Assembly: GCA_025594325.1 (NCBI GenBank)
Contig: JANHCV010000015.1
Coordinates: forward strand, 930,001 to 994,000
DNA: 64,000 nt
Source of the DNA: Blastocladiella emersonii ATCC 22665
Lineage: Eukaryota > Fungi > Blastocladiomycota
Reading direction: 5' to 3'
In this document: in pieces, positions 1 to 11,371 of the stretch
Layout: each line of letters opens with the position of its first letter
How positions within the stretch are numbered: the first letter of the stretch is position 1
Program-made: the position numbers and the translations under genes
The notes under the pieces: model-generated
Told to the model about the DNA's origin: nothing
Database searches by the model: none
What the model saw: the letters and a program-made list of their open reading frames with translations, nothing else

Positions 1-219
1 GGGAACGCTGGCAAGCCTTATGCGACGCGCCTGAAACTATCGCGCGATCGCATCACGTGATATCAGAACGCGTCTCGCGCCACTACGCCGAGCCCAGAGT
101 GCGACCTCGCAACACCCCCACGGCACACGCGACGAGTAGGACAGAAGGGATATATTCAAATGGAACACAGCGGGCCAACACGCCGCGTCCGCCGTGCTCG
201 ACCCACGATTGCGCCGGTA

Positions 220-1539
220 CTACTCGGGCTGCTGCGCAAAGTTCTTCTGACTCGGCGACGTGACCATGGCGCTGGACTTGATGGGCGATGCGGACGAGTT
301 GCTCCCGTTCTCGGACTGCCCGCCCTTGCCCGAGACGACCGAGGCGCGGTGGTTCTGGGTGGTCGAGCGGCCGGCCGTCGAGTAGTTGGACTGCCCGCCT
401 TGTTGGGTAGTATCACGCTGCGCTTGGACCCGGATCGAAACGAGGTAGTTGGACGCCAGCAAAGCGTTAATTGACATCCAAACCAGCATGATTGTGAAGT
501 ACACGCTCTTATAATCGCTCCACTCCAAGTACAGCGAGTCCAAGTGGATGTAGCAAACCCATACGCAGAGCAAGACCGTCGAAATAGTGGTTGCGCGGAA
601 CAAGCGGGCAACCTTGGACATGGTGAGGAAGGTCGAGTTCGAGAGCATGATGGCCACGTTCATGATCAAGCAGATCCCGAAGCTGACTATGGTGAGAATG
701 GTGAGCGGCACGACGTCGCGCTCGTCGAGCGCACAGAATCCTTTGGCATTGGTGAATGCCGACATGATGGTGAGGTACCTACACGTTCCGGGAAAAGAGA
801 AAGTAAGTGACTTGGCCCGTGACGGTCTCGAGAGTTCCGAGAGTCGGTGAGCCGGCCCGTAACTGTCTCGAGGGTCCCGTGAGTCAGCGAGCCGGCCCGC
901 CGCGGTCCACTCGACGGAAACGTACTGGATAATGTTGGCCACGTTGATGAGCTGCGTGATGCCGTGAAGCAGGTACCGCCAGCGCATCTTGGCCGTGTGC
1001 GACTCGGCCTTAATGGCCAAGTTGATGAACATTTCGGTCTGGAAGAAGATGTTGGCGCTGAAGATTCCGAAAAGCGAGATCGTGGAGCGCAGCAGGATCC
1101 AGAAGTAGCACGCCGAGGGAGAAGACGACTCGAGGCGGATCGACGAGAGAAGTCGGAGCGCGACCAGGACCGTGACAAGGATGCTGAGCTTGCCGAGCCG
1201 CGACTTGAGATACGTGTGCCGGTTCAGCACCATCCACACAAAGTACGCGCATGTCGCGCCGAGTAGGAACCCGTGGAAGACATCGGTGATGTCTACACAA
1301 ACGCACGCAGGACATGTGTGAGTGTGCATGAGTCGAGATTCACGCGGTGCAGTACGCGGAGTCGAGGTCCGCACGGTTCGGGTGCGGGCGAGTGCGCGCG
1401 AGCCGCGATCCGTGGGGTGCGGAACCGGGCGAGTACTCGCGAGTCGTGATTCGCGCGGTGTGGATCCGAGCGAGTGCGCGCAAGTCGAGATCCGCGCGGT
1501 GTAGATTCGGGCGGGCGCACCTTGCGTGACTCGCGGCAT
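220..1539 (-). CDS. 7TM GPCR-like membrane protein, paralog A (3 exons: 1539-1521, 1292-926, 778-220)
   Basis: Removing GT-AG introns 1520-1293 and 925-779 gives MPRVTQDITDVFHGFLLG...IQYLTIMSAF..., collinear with paralog B. It has seven hydrophobic segments, a Cys at the top of TM3 (SACYFW), a Cys in the TM4-5 loop (GFCAL) and a Ser/Thr-rich C-tail. Confidence 0.8.
   Translation of the reverse strand: MPRVTQGAPARIYTARISTCAHSLGSTPRESRLASTRPVPHPTDRGSRALARTRTVRTSTPRTAPRESRLMHTHTCPACVCVDITDVFHGFLLGATCAYFVWMVLNRHTYLKSRLGKLSILVTVLVALRLLSSIRLESSSPSACYFWILLRSTISLFGIFSANIFFQTEMFINLAIKAESHTAKMRWRYLLHGITQLINVANIIQYVSVEWTAAGRLADSRDPRDSYGPAHRLSELSRPSRAKSLTFSFPGTCRYLTIMSAFTNAKGFCALDERDVVPLTILTIVSFGICLIMNVAIMLSNSTFLTMSKVARLFRATTISTVLLCVWVCYIHLDSLYLEWSDYKSVYFTIMLVWMSINALLASNYLVSIRVQAQRDTTQQGGQSNYSTAGRSTTQNHRASVVSGKGGQSENGSNSSASPIKSSAMVTSPSQKNFAQQPE
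807..900. repeat. 40-bp minisatellite (about 2.3 copies) inside intron 2 of paralog A
   Basis: gtgacttggcccgtgacggtctcgagagttccgagagtcg (807-846), gtgagccggcccgtaactgtctcgagggtcccgtgagtca (847-886), then partial gcgagccggcccgc. Confidence 0.8.
1330..1520. repeat. 41-bp minisatellite (about 4.7 copies) filling intron 1 of paralog A
   Basis: Units start at 1359, 1400, 1441 and 1482 (e.g. gagtcgtgattcgcgcggtgtggatccgagcgagtgcgcgc), plus a partial unit at 1330. Confidence 0.8.
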
Positions 1540-1687
1540 GGTCGATGATGTTGCGGTAGTCTGTTGCGGTAGTCTATTCGAGGTCGTTGCGTAGAGTTTC
1601 GTGTGCCAATGGGCGGGTGATGCTTCGTTTCAGATCGAGGAGCGAACGAGCGGGAGCGGGGGCCAGGTGAAGGTGCCACAAGGTGGT

Positions 1688-1717
1688 TGCGTGCTGCGTG
1701 CTGCGTGCTGCGTGCTG
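1688..1717. repeat. (GCGTGCT)n heptamer microsatellite upstream of paralog A
   Basis: About 4 tandem copies of gcgtgct. Confidence 0.7.
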
Positions 1718-2143
1718 GGTCTCCCGCCCTCGGACAATTCACCGAGTGCCTTTGTGGTTTCGTTTCATGGAGTACTGCCTGAACTTGGCCGGATCCAGCG
1801 AGGCCGGGGCGTGAACGGCAGTCGGAATGTACCGCGACGCGTCGCCGTCTCCCAGGCTGTCTCCCGCCCGCCACGAGCGGACGCGTCTTGGCGGCCGGCA
1901 TCGAAAAATGTCTCTCAAGCACGTGTCTCTATATTGGCCTCCAAATGTGGCACTTTTGGGTTCCATACTCCTCGATCACAAAACATGTCGGGACAGGGCG
2001 ACTTTACACCGACTCATGCGGCGATCCTGAAGCGCACAAGTTTACGTCCGGCGATCGCACCCAGGAAGCCGATCGAGTAGGAAGGGGGATATATCCAGCG
2101 CGAAGCTCTATCAAAACACACATCGAGTCTCCTCGCGCGGACC

Positions 2144-3249
2144 CTAGGTGCTGGCCGTGCCGCCGCTCGAAGCGGCTCCGTCACCGCCCGTGGCGGGCAC
2201 GGTCGGCGAGGACGTGCTGCCGCTGTTGACGGTGCGCCCGCCCGCGGAAAGCACGCCAGTAGAAGGCCGGCTGATCGTCCCAGCGGCGGTCGCGGCAATT
2301 TTGCCGTTCGTGGCGCTGCGGGCGGCGCGCGTCGGGTCCTTGCCGAGGGTGCCCATGGGGGCGCGGCCGAGGGTCGGGGTCGTGAACTCGCTCGTGGCGG
2401 GCGACCGGCCGCTGGTGCCGCTCATCATGGCCTGCTTGGACTTGACGCGCATCGCAACTAGGTAGTTCGAGGCCAGAAGCGAGTTCGTAGAGGCCCAAAC
2501 TAACATTACGGTGAACAGCAAACTCATCCAGTCTTGCCACTCGTAGTACAGAGACACGAGGTGGATTCCGATAATCCAGGAACACAGAAAAACGGTCGAG
2601 ATGGTTGTGATGCGGAAGAGTCGGGCGACCTGCGACATGGACGTGAACGTGGACTTTGAGAGCACGAGGCGGAGGTTCATGACCAAGCAGATGAAGAAGC
2701 TGGTGATGGTCAGGACCGTTAGCGGCACGACGTCGCGCTCTTGTAGTGCGCAGAACCCGTTAGGTGAGACGCTGGCCGACATGACGGTAAGGTATCTGAA
2801 TGGGACAGCGTCGAAGTGAGTTCAAGGCGAGAAATGTACTGCCGGGTCGAGATGACGTACTGGATCAGGTTCGCCAGGTTGATGGCCTGTGTGACGCCGT
2901 GAAGGGCATACCGCGCCCGCTTCTTGGCGCGCGGCGAGTCGAATTTGAGTCCGAGATTCAAAAAGAGCTCGGTTTGGTAGAAGATGTTGAGGGCGAAGAT
3001 GACGAATAGCGAGATGGTCGAGCGGAGCAGGATCCAGACGTAGCAGGAGGGCTGCGAGTAGCTTTCCAGACGGATCGACGTGAGGAGCCGAAGGAAGAGG
3101 AACAGGACGACGAGGACCGAGACGCGGGCGAGGCGCGAGCTGGCGTAGGTGTGCCGATTCAAGACCAGCCAACCGGCATACATGGTGCAGGCGCCGAGCA
3201 GGAACCCGTGCACGATATCGGTGATTTCGCTCACGTTTGTGCGCGGCAT
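2144..3249 (-). CDS. 7TM GPCR-like membrane protein, paralog B (2 exons: 3249-2861, 2795-2144)
   Basis: MPRTNVSEITDIVHGFLLG... One 65-nt intron (2860-2796, GTACGT...CAG) joins ORFs 2719-3279 and 2144-2782 into ...IQYLTVMS... It shares the 7-TM layout and both Cys with paralog A. Confidence 0.8.
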
Positions 3250-3546
3250 GGTGTCGCGGGGTCTCAAGTTACGTTGCAAGGAGTGCGTGCGGCTTCTTCA
3301 TGCGTTCCATCAGGGGGGAGCAAGGGTCAAATCTCGATGACGCGTCGGATCGCGGGTGCAAGTCGGGGCGGCGGCCACACGCACGGCGGCGTGGGGGACG
3401 CTGGACGCGCCGCGCCGCTCACGCGACCGCGGTGGCTGTCGAGCGCCACACCGCCGCCGCCTACCTTGGCGCGATCCCTCCTCGCACTCCCTGCCGCCCA
3501 ACCAACCACTTCCGCCCATGTATCACTAGCCGCAACTTGCCGCAAC

Positions 3547-6500
3547 ATGTCGCTGCTGCTCGACCGCCGCTTCATTATTGAGCGCCTGCGGCTCGCGGTG
3601 CTGTCGCTTGAGGACTCGCCGTGCGAGAACGTGATCTCGCTGCGCGTGCGCCGCCCGGCCTCGCCCACGGCGGGCATCCCGGCCTTTGTCGCGTACCCGC
3701 ACGATAAGATTGCCGCCAGTGGCGCCGACGGCTCGCTGTCGCTGACGCTGCAGGGCATCATCCGCCGCGGGTCCGACCACGCCTCGCGCTGGGACGACCT
3801 GATCCACGACGACACCTACGCCGTCTTCCACGACAACTCGCCGCCCGCCGCCATGCTCGCCATGATCCCGCACCACTACCAGGCCCTGCGCCACGCAGAG
3901 GACCTCATGGCTGCCCCCGGCTTCGCCGCCTCGCCCGACCGCAGCGACCTCAGCGGCACCTCGGTGGCGTCGAGCGTCGCTTCAACGGCCGCCCGCGCGT
4001 CCAGCCCGGAGCTCCACCACCCCTCGGACGTCCCGGCTCGCCGCGACAGCGTGTCGGCGGTGCCGTTCCAGCCGCCCGTCCGCCGCACCAGTCTCTACAC
4101 CCCCGGCGTTCCCAGTCTGGGCCGCACCGCCCGCAACTCGCAGCACGCGTACCCCGTCCCGCCGATCCCCGACGAGGAGGACGCGGATGAACCCGCTGCA
4201 GCGGAAGCACCACCCATGGGCTCGCTCGCGACGCACGCGGGCCACCTCCCCGGCGGCGCACCCGCACCTCCGCTGCCGTCCGATGCCAAGCGCTCGTCGA
4301 CGGGCAGCACGTCCGCCGCGCATACCCACACGCCGCGGAATCTCGTGCTGTCGACCAGCGCGGGCGAGGACCTCGAGATCGAGGCCGAGCTGTTTGGCGA
4401 CGAGACCGACTCCAACTCGATGCTCAGCCCGATCTCGGAGCGCGGCACCCAAGGCAGCTCGCGCCGCGCGAGCGCCGAGTCGGTCGTGACCCAGCTGCGC
4501 GTGCGAGCCGAGGCAGCCGGTGCCGCGGGAAGTGAGCCTACGGGCACAATCATTCAGCCACCACCTCGGTACTTGCCTCTCCTGCGAATCCTAAGCGACG
4601 CAAACCTGACGAATATCCGTGTAGTCGCGCGTCCGCGGGCTCCATCAACCAACAGCGGCCTCCCACACCATTGGCGCCGCAGGGTGCGGCGACAACCAAG
4701 GGTCCGCGCAAGTCGCTGACGGGGCTCATGCCGGTCTCGACACTGCCCGCGATCCCGTCCGTTGAGAGCGCGCCCTCGGGCAGCTCCTCCCCGCCAGCTA
4801 CGACCCGCATCGCGGGCCAGGTGTTTGACGCCACCGCCACGTCTACCACTGCCACTCCGACTCCGCCCGCCGCCGATGAAGCCGAGGACCCGACTGACGA
4901 TGTGGTCCTCTCCGAGAGCCTCAGCATGACGAGGTCGACGATCGAGCCCAAAGTCGAACCGCCCGCCCGACCGCAAGCACCCCCGTCGCCGCTGTTTGTG
5001 CGCAAGGCGGTGCCGCCAAGGCCAACGGGTCGTAGCGCGCCGTCGGGGCTCTCGATGCTGCTCGGCAGCAAGTCGGCGCAGCAGAACCCGTTTGCGGCGA
5101 GTTACAGCCGCTACGTATGGGATCTGCCCCGCTGCTAGCCGTACTCCAGGATACTGACCTTGCACGCGCACGTAGGCCGGCAAGCACGCCAAGGACGTGG
5201 TCAAGCTGCACATCCACGTGCCGTACGCCGAGACGGAGCTCGACATCTCGGTGGGCAAAGGCACGACGGTCGAGCAGGTGATCGGGTACACGCTGTTTGA
5301 GTACGTGGAGCAGGGTCTGGCACCCGTCATTGACCCGCCACGGCAAGAGCTCGGGCACTGGGCCATGCGCATCGTGGAAGACGACGGCACCATCGACGAG
5401 GACTTTCCGGCACTTGACCGCAACCGGCCCATCGATCGGTTCCAGTTCGACGCGTTTGCCCTGTGCGAGACGGCCAAGCTGCCGCCACCACCCTCGCCGT
5501 CCGATCCCGCAGCGTCCGCAGGGTCGGGGTCGGCGGCCACGTCGAATGGGATGGGCACGCTGCGCAGCACACGTGGGAGCACGGCGGGGACGGGCGACGA
5601 GAGCCGGCCCGGGTACAACGGGCTGCCCGGCGACCCGAACGCGCTGGGTCCGCTGCCCGCGCCGATCGCCGCCACTATGGGACGGAATGGAACCGCAGCA
5701 GCAGGACCAGGGCCTCGCGGTGACGCGGATAGCGGCATGGGCGACTCGCAGCAGCAGCAGCAGCAACAACAGAAGCTGTTCATCCGCGTGCACCTGTACT
5801 CGACGATCGAGGTGCGACACACGACGACGCTCAACGTGGCACCGACGACGCCGCTGGGCCACATTCTCGACGCGGTGTGCCGCAAGCGCAACGTGAGCCC
5901 GCGCGACTACGTGCTCAAGCTGCACGACATGCGCACGGTGGTGCCGGACCTGACCAAGCCGTTCTCGTCGCTCGGGCCCGTGTCGGAGCTGTTCCTCATG
6001 AAGAAGAGCATCGGGGCGAGCGCGGGCGACATGTTCCTGCGGCCGCCGGGCGAGGAGGAGTCGGCGACGCCGGCGGAGCGCGGTGCGGCGGGTGTGGGGC
6101 AGTTCTTTGGGCGCACGGGCCTGTCGGCGGTGTCGGCGTACAAGAAGTTCACGGTGGTGCGCAAGATGCCGCTGTTCCTCGGGCGGCAGGAGCGCGTGCT
6201 GGCCATCGACGGCGAGTACCTGCACATCCTGCCGACGGACAACAAGCAGTTCTTTGACAGCGTCAAGACCAGCTCGTACCACGTGTCGTCGGTCATCTCG
6301 TGCAAGCAGAGCAAGAAGGTGGCGGCGGTCTTCCGGCTCGAGGTGCTGCGCAACCCGCACGGCGAGCGCGCGGTGCCGAGCCTGTCGGCGGTCGAGGCGT
6401 TCACGGGCAGCCGCGAGGGCAAGACGTACGACTTTGAGGCGGGCAGCGCGGCCGAGGCGACCGAGATCTGCACCGCGATCCAGACGCTGATCCAGTCGGT

Positions 6501-6564
6501 GCGGCGCGCGGCGACCATGGCGGCGGCCGCGGCGGGCGCGCCGACGAGCCTGGCGGGGCTATAG
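3547..6564 (+). CDS. AVO1: TORC2 subunit SIN1/Avo1 (introns 4569-4624, 5115-5175)
   Basis: SIN1 N-terminus MSLLLDRRFIIERLRL; CRIM domain (TTVEQVIGYTLFEY...DEDFPALDRNRPIDRFQFDAFALCE); RBD-like segment; C-terminal PH domain (YKKFTVVRKMP...RQERVLAIDGEYLHILP). Splice sites restore the frame. Confidence 0.92.
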
Positions 6565-6926
6565 GAGCGAGCCGTGTGCGTGCGTGCGTGATGGCCGCAG
6601 TGATGGTGAGATACAGGACGTCCATTTTTGGTCACTCTGTGGAGCGCGAGGTCGGTTGGATGGGAGTGGCAGGCGGCGCGGGCCGGGTAACGTGGGGTCA
6701 AGTGGGCGACGTTTTCTTCGCCGCGCCCGCCGCTCGCCCGCCCGAACCGCCGCGCTTTGCGACGCGTGTCTGCCCTGGAACGCGCCGCGCATCTGCACCA
6801 TACCCGCCGCCGACCCCGCCCCGTCGCTGCTCGCTGCCCGCAACTGCCCGCACTCGCTCCGCGACCCCCGCCTGCGCCACGATCGCCGCTCCCCGCCGAC
6901 CGCCACCACCACGACCCGCCACCACC

Positions 6927-9900
6927 ATGGAAGACGACGATTTCCTCTGCCCGCTCTGCTGCGAGGAGATTGAGGCCCACGACAAGAACTTTTTCCCGTG
7001 CCCGTGCGGCTACCAGGTGCGCGCCGCCCGCTGCCCGCGACGACCCGTGTCCAGACCGCCGCTAACACCAGTGTCCGACTACCTGCCGACCTCCTCCCGC
7101 TCAACCAGATCTGCCGCTTCTGCCTCAACCACATCCGCGAGAACCTCAACGGCCTGTGCGCCGCGTGCCGCCGCCCCTTCGACGATGACTCGTACCAGTT
7201 CCGCCCCACGCCGTCCGACGAGATCGCGCGCATCAACGCCGAGCGCAAGCGCCGCAAGCAGCGCCAAAAGTCGTCCATGTACGAGGCCGACCGCTCGCAC
7301 CTGCGCGACGTCAAGGTCACGCTCAAGACCCTCATCTACGTGACGGGCCTGCCGCCCAAGTACGCCGTCGAGGAGACCCTCGTCACCGAGCCCTACTTTG
7401 GCCAGTTCGGCCGCATCGTCAAGCTGTCCGTCTCGCGCCGCCCGCCCGCCACCACCGGCGGCCGCACCGGCGAGAACCAGATCGCCATCCACGTCACCTA
7501 CGCCAACGCCCAGGACGCCCTGCGCGCTATCGCGTTCGTCGACGGCGCCACCATCGAGAACCGCACCCTCCACGCCACCTACGGCCAGACAAAGTATTGC
7601 GCCGTCTGGATCCAGGGCCGACCCTGCACCAACGCCCAGTGCACCTTCCTCCACGAGGTCGTAGACGCCGATGCCGCCGCGCCGCCGCCGATTCCGTACG
7701 TCTCTCTTACTCTTATACCCGTCCGCAGTCCGTGAGCACGACGCTAACCATACTGTACCGCGCAACGCTAGTCCACGACCCGCCGGCCCGCCGCGCATCT
7801 TTGGACCCAAGGGCAGGCGACCCGCCCAGGCGAGCGCGCCCGCCGCACCCGAACGGTCGGGATCCGCGTCTTCGATCTTGTCTGGTCCGGCTGCTGCGTC
7901 GCGACTCGCTGGCTTCCCGCCTGTATCGGCAGCCTCGGCGCCGTCGTTTGCCGCTGCCGCGTCCTCGGCCGGCACCTCGGCCGCCAGCTCGTACACGGTC
8001 ACCACCACCCACGACTCGGGTCCCGCGCTTCCTGCCGCCGCGTCCTGGGCGTCCAAGAAGCCCGACTCGCGCCCAACGACCCCGCAGACCGCGGTCGCTG
8101 CCTCGACCACCCCCGACGACCGCACCCTCTCACCCTTCCAGGACCCGACCCCCGCTGCTGCCGCTGCGGCCATCGCCGCCGCCAAGGCCGAGAAGGCGCG
8201 CCAGAACGCCCGCAAGCAGGCCCTGCAGCAGCAGCAGGCCGCCAAGCGCCAGGCCCGCGAGGAGGCGCGCGCCGCCGCCGAAGCGCATGCTGCACAGGCC
8301 GCCGCTGCCGCCGCCCAAATGAAGCAGGAGCTCAACCGCAAGAAGTCGCAGGCCCTCCTCAAGCAGCAGCAGCGCCAGCAGGCCCGTCTCCAGCAGCAGG
8401 AGAGCCAGAAGGCCCTCGACGAGCAGCGCGCCGACAGCAGCGATGCCGCTGAGGCCGACACCAACGACGCCCGCTCGGCCGCTTCCGCCAGCGAGGCTGG
8501 GTCGTCCAAGGCCGCTGCCGCCGCCCGCGCAGCTGCCGCCGAGGAGGAGGTCGAGTCCAAGCACTCCGAGGTGGCCAGCGATGCGCTCACGGCCGACGAC
8601 CAGTCCTCGTGGACCGCCGGCCAGGGCACCCTCGAGGGCGACGACGTCAGCTCCGCCGCAGCTGCCGACTCGTACGAGGAGGAGACCAGTGCCGCCGTGG
8701 AGCCCGAGCAGCCCGCGCGTACGCCGTCGCCCGAGCCGCCGCTCGACCTCGGCGCCGTGGTCCTCGCCGCCCTCTCGGCCGCGTCGATCCCGATCCTCGA
8801 TCCGCAGGCACTGCGCACCAACGCCGACCACTCGCTTGCCCAGCTCCAGGCCCTGTCGCTCGCCCTGCTCGCCTCGCAGCCGCAGCTGCCCGAGTGGATG
8901 CTCGCGTCCACGCGCGTCATTCTCAAGGCCATGGAGCGCCCGCTCTCCTCGGGCGTCTACACGGGCACCTTCCGCCCCTTCGACACGGGCGATCTCATGT
9001 CCGACATCCTCGACGAGAAGACGCTCACGCTCTCGTCGTCGTCGGCCTCGGCCAGCGGTCCGCATGGCCCAGTGCCCCCGCACCTGCACCCGCTCCACGC
9101 GCACGGCGGCCGGTCGCACCTCCCGCAGCACCTCGCTGCGTCTATGGGCCCGCAGCGCCACGGCCTGTCGCCGCACCCTATGGGCCTCGGCGCCCCGCAC
9201 GGCGCCAACCTCCCGCCGCACCTCCAGCAGCAGCAGCAGCAGTACTCGGGTAACGTCGGTATCGGCGGCCTCCCGCTCCAGCAGCAGCCCGACGCGGTCT
9301 CGGGTGCCAACGCCCACACCATGTCGCTCCTCCGTCAGCTGACCCCGTCCCGGTCGCAGCAACAGCTGCTCGACGTCGAGGAGCGGATCCGCCAGTTCGG
9401 CACCGCCGCCAAGCGCGGCCAGCTCCCCGGCTCGGCGTCCATGTCCCGCACCTCGTCCTCGACGGGCCTGTCGGTGCCGTCGTCCATGGGTGCCGGCATG
9501 GCTCCGCCCGGCCTCCCGTTCGCCGACCCCGCGGCGCTGTCGATGCGCATGGACGCGGCCAGCCCGCGCGACGTGCCGCCCGGCCACCTGCAGCAGTTCC
9601 ACGACACGCTCAATGCGCGCGCTCAGCAGCTTCAGCTCAACAAGCCGCCCGGGATCGGTCTTGGCGCCGGGCCCGCCGGGCCTCCGGCCGCAGGCCCGCC
9701 GCCCGGGTTCGGGCTCCCGCTTAAGACGCCGCTCCAATCGTCGTCGGCAAGTAGTACGCTTCTCGCTTCCGCTGTTTGACTGGCCGGGACTCGTTTGTCG
9801 TGGACTCTTGATCTGCGCGCGCTCTCTCAGTGGACCCAAGTGGATCGAGTGACTAACCTCCCCTTTCCGCGTCCGTCTCGAATAGGATCCGCGCCTGCAG

Positions 9901-11297
9901 CCCCGCCTGGCATTGCGCCCGGGTTTGCCCCAGTCGCCGCTGTCGCTTCTCCGGTCTACGAGGGCCGGGCTCCTTCCCCACGGGCCCCTGGCGCCGGCGC
10001 TCCTCCCGCAGCAGCAGCAGTTTCAGCCGCTCCAGGTGCGGCGCGGCCCGACCCCGGGCTCGCTGCGCGAGGCGCTGCCGCTGCGCACCCATCTGCCGAT
10101 GTGATGGGTGGCGGTATCGGTGCGGGTGGTGTTGTGGGTGGTGGGATGGATGGTGGTGCGGTGGGAGCAGCAGGAGCAGTGGGTATGGCAGCAGAGGAAG
10201 AAGGTGCCGAGAAGCAGCAGCAGCAGCAGCAGCAGAGTGTGTCGGACCGCGCATCCGGTACCGCGTCGCCGTCGGGATCCGGCATCGTCACGCCGCCGGT
10301 CCAGGGCGGCCGGCGCGTGCTTGTGATCCGGTCCCAGTCGTCCAAGGAAAAGTCGCTCGCCGAGCAGGCGGCCGAGGCCAAGGCCGAGACCGAGGTCGCC
10401 GAGCCCGCGCCGACCGGTTCGCCCAAGGTTGGCCGTGGCCAGGCGGCCAAGGCCAAGACCAAGGCGCCCGTGCAGCGCGGCGTCGTCAAGTCCGAGTCAT
10501 CACCGTCCCCGTCGCCTTCTCCGTCGCCCGTCCCGGCCGCCATGATCGCCAAGAAGCAGCCCGAGGTCAAGCCCGAGCCCGTGCCCGCCGAGGCCGCCCG
10601 CGCCCCCGCCGCCGACGCGCTCGCTGTGCCCGCGGGGCCGTCCCAGCCGGAGCTCCCCGAGGAGCAGGTGCTCGTGCTCCGTGGCACCGAGGTCCCGATC
10701 ACGCTGCTCGACGAGGCCGTTACCGTGGTCCCGGCGACTCAGGCGACCAAGCACCCGCCCGCGACTCCGACGGTCGTCCTGTCCAAGGCGTCGATCGAGG
10801 TCGGCCGGTCCGCGACGGCCGCGCTCCCCGTTGCCCTCGGCGCCGTTCTGCAGTCGACGGGCAAGCTCCTGGCCGACCTCGGCATGGGCGGCGAGCTGCT
10901 CATCAAGGACATTGACCAGTGGCACCGCGACATGGCCGCGGCCGAGGGCGCCGGTGCGACTGCCGCGCGCGCCACGCTCGACGAGCTCGCCGACAAGGTG
11001 GCGTCGTTCTTCGACCGCGGGACCGCGATCCTCTTTGGCGTGCCCGCCGCGACCCGCCCCGCGCCCGCCAAGCCGCCCGCGCCCGCCCCTGCGCCGCGCC
11101 GCACGGGGCCCAGCAAGCACGCGCGCGCGCTCGCGGCCGTGATCGAGGCGCTTGGCGGCACGTCCGAGGACTACGCGACCGAGGACGACATCGTCAAGCT
11201 CGAGGAGGAGCTGCTCGTGGCCAAGAACGAGGCGCGCATCGGCGACCTCCGGTTCAAGGCGGCGCTCAAGAAGAGCCGCAAGGCTGGCCTCGCGTAG
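6927..11297 (+). CDS. NOT4: CCR4-NOT E3 ubiquitin ligase Not4/Mot2 with a long low-complexity C-terminus (introns 7017-7108, 7696-7771, about 9754-9885)
   Basis: C4C4 RING CPLCCEEI...FFPCPCGYQICRFC, RRM (LIYVTGLP...FGQFGRIVKL), and CCCH (GQTKYC...C...CTFLHE). The downstream ORFs join in frame by GT-AG introns, but the last exon linkage is less certain. Confidence 0.85.
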
Positions 11298-11371
11298 TTT
11301 TGTTGGGTGGAGGGCGAGCGATACACATGCTGCCAGAGTTCTATGATTCTATATTGCGCTCCATCTCGCAC

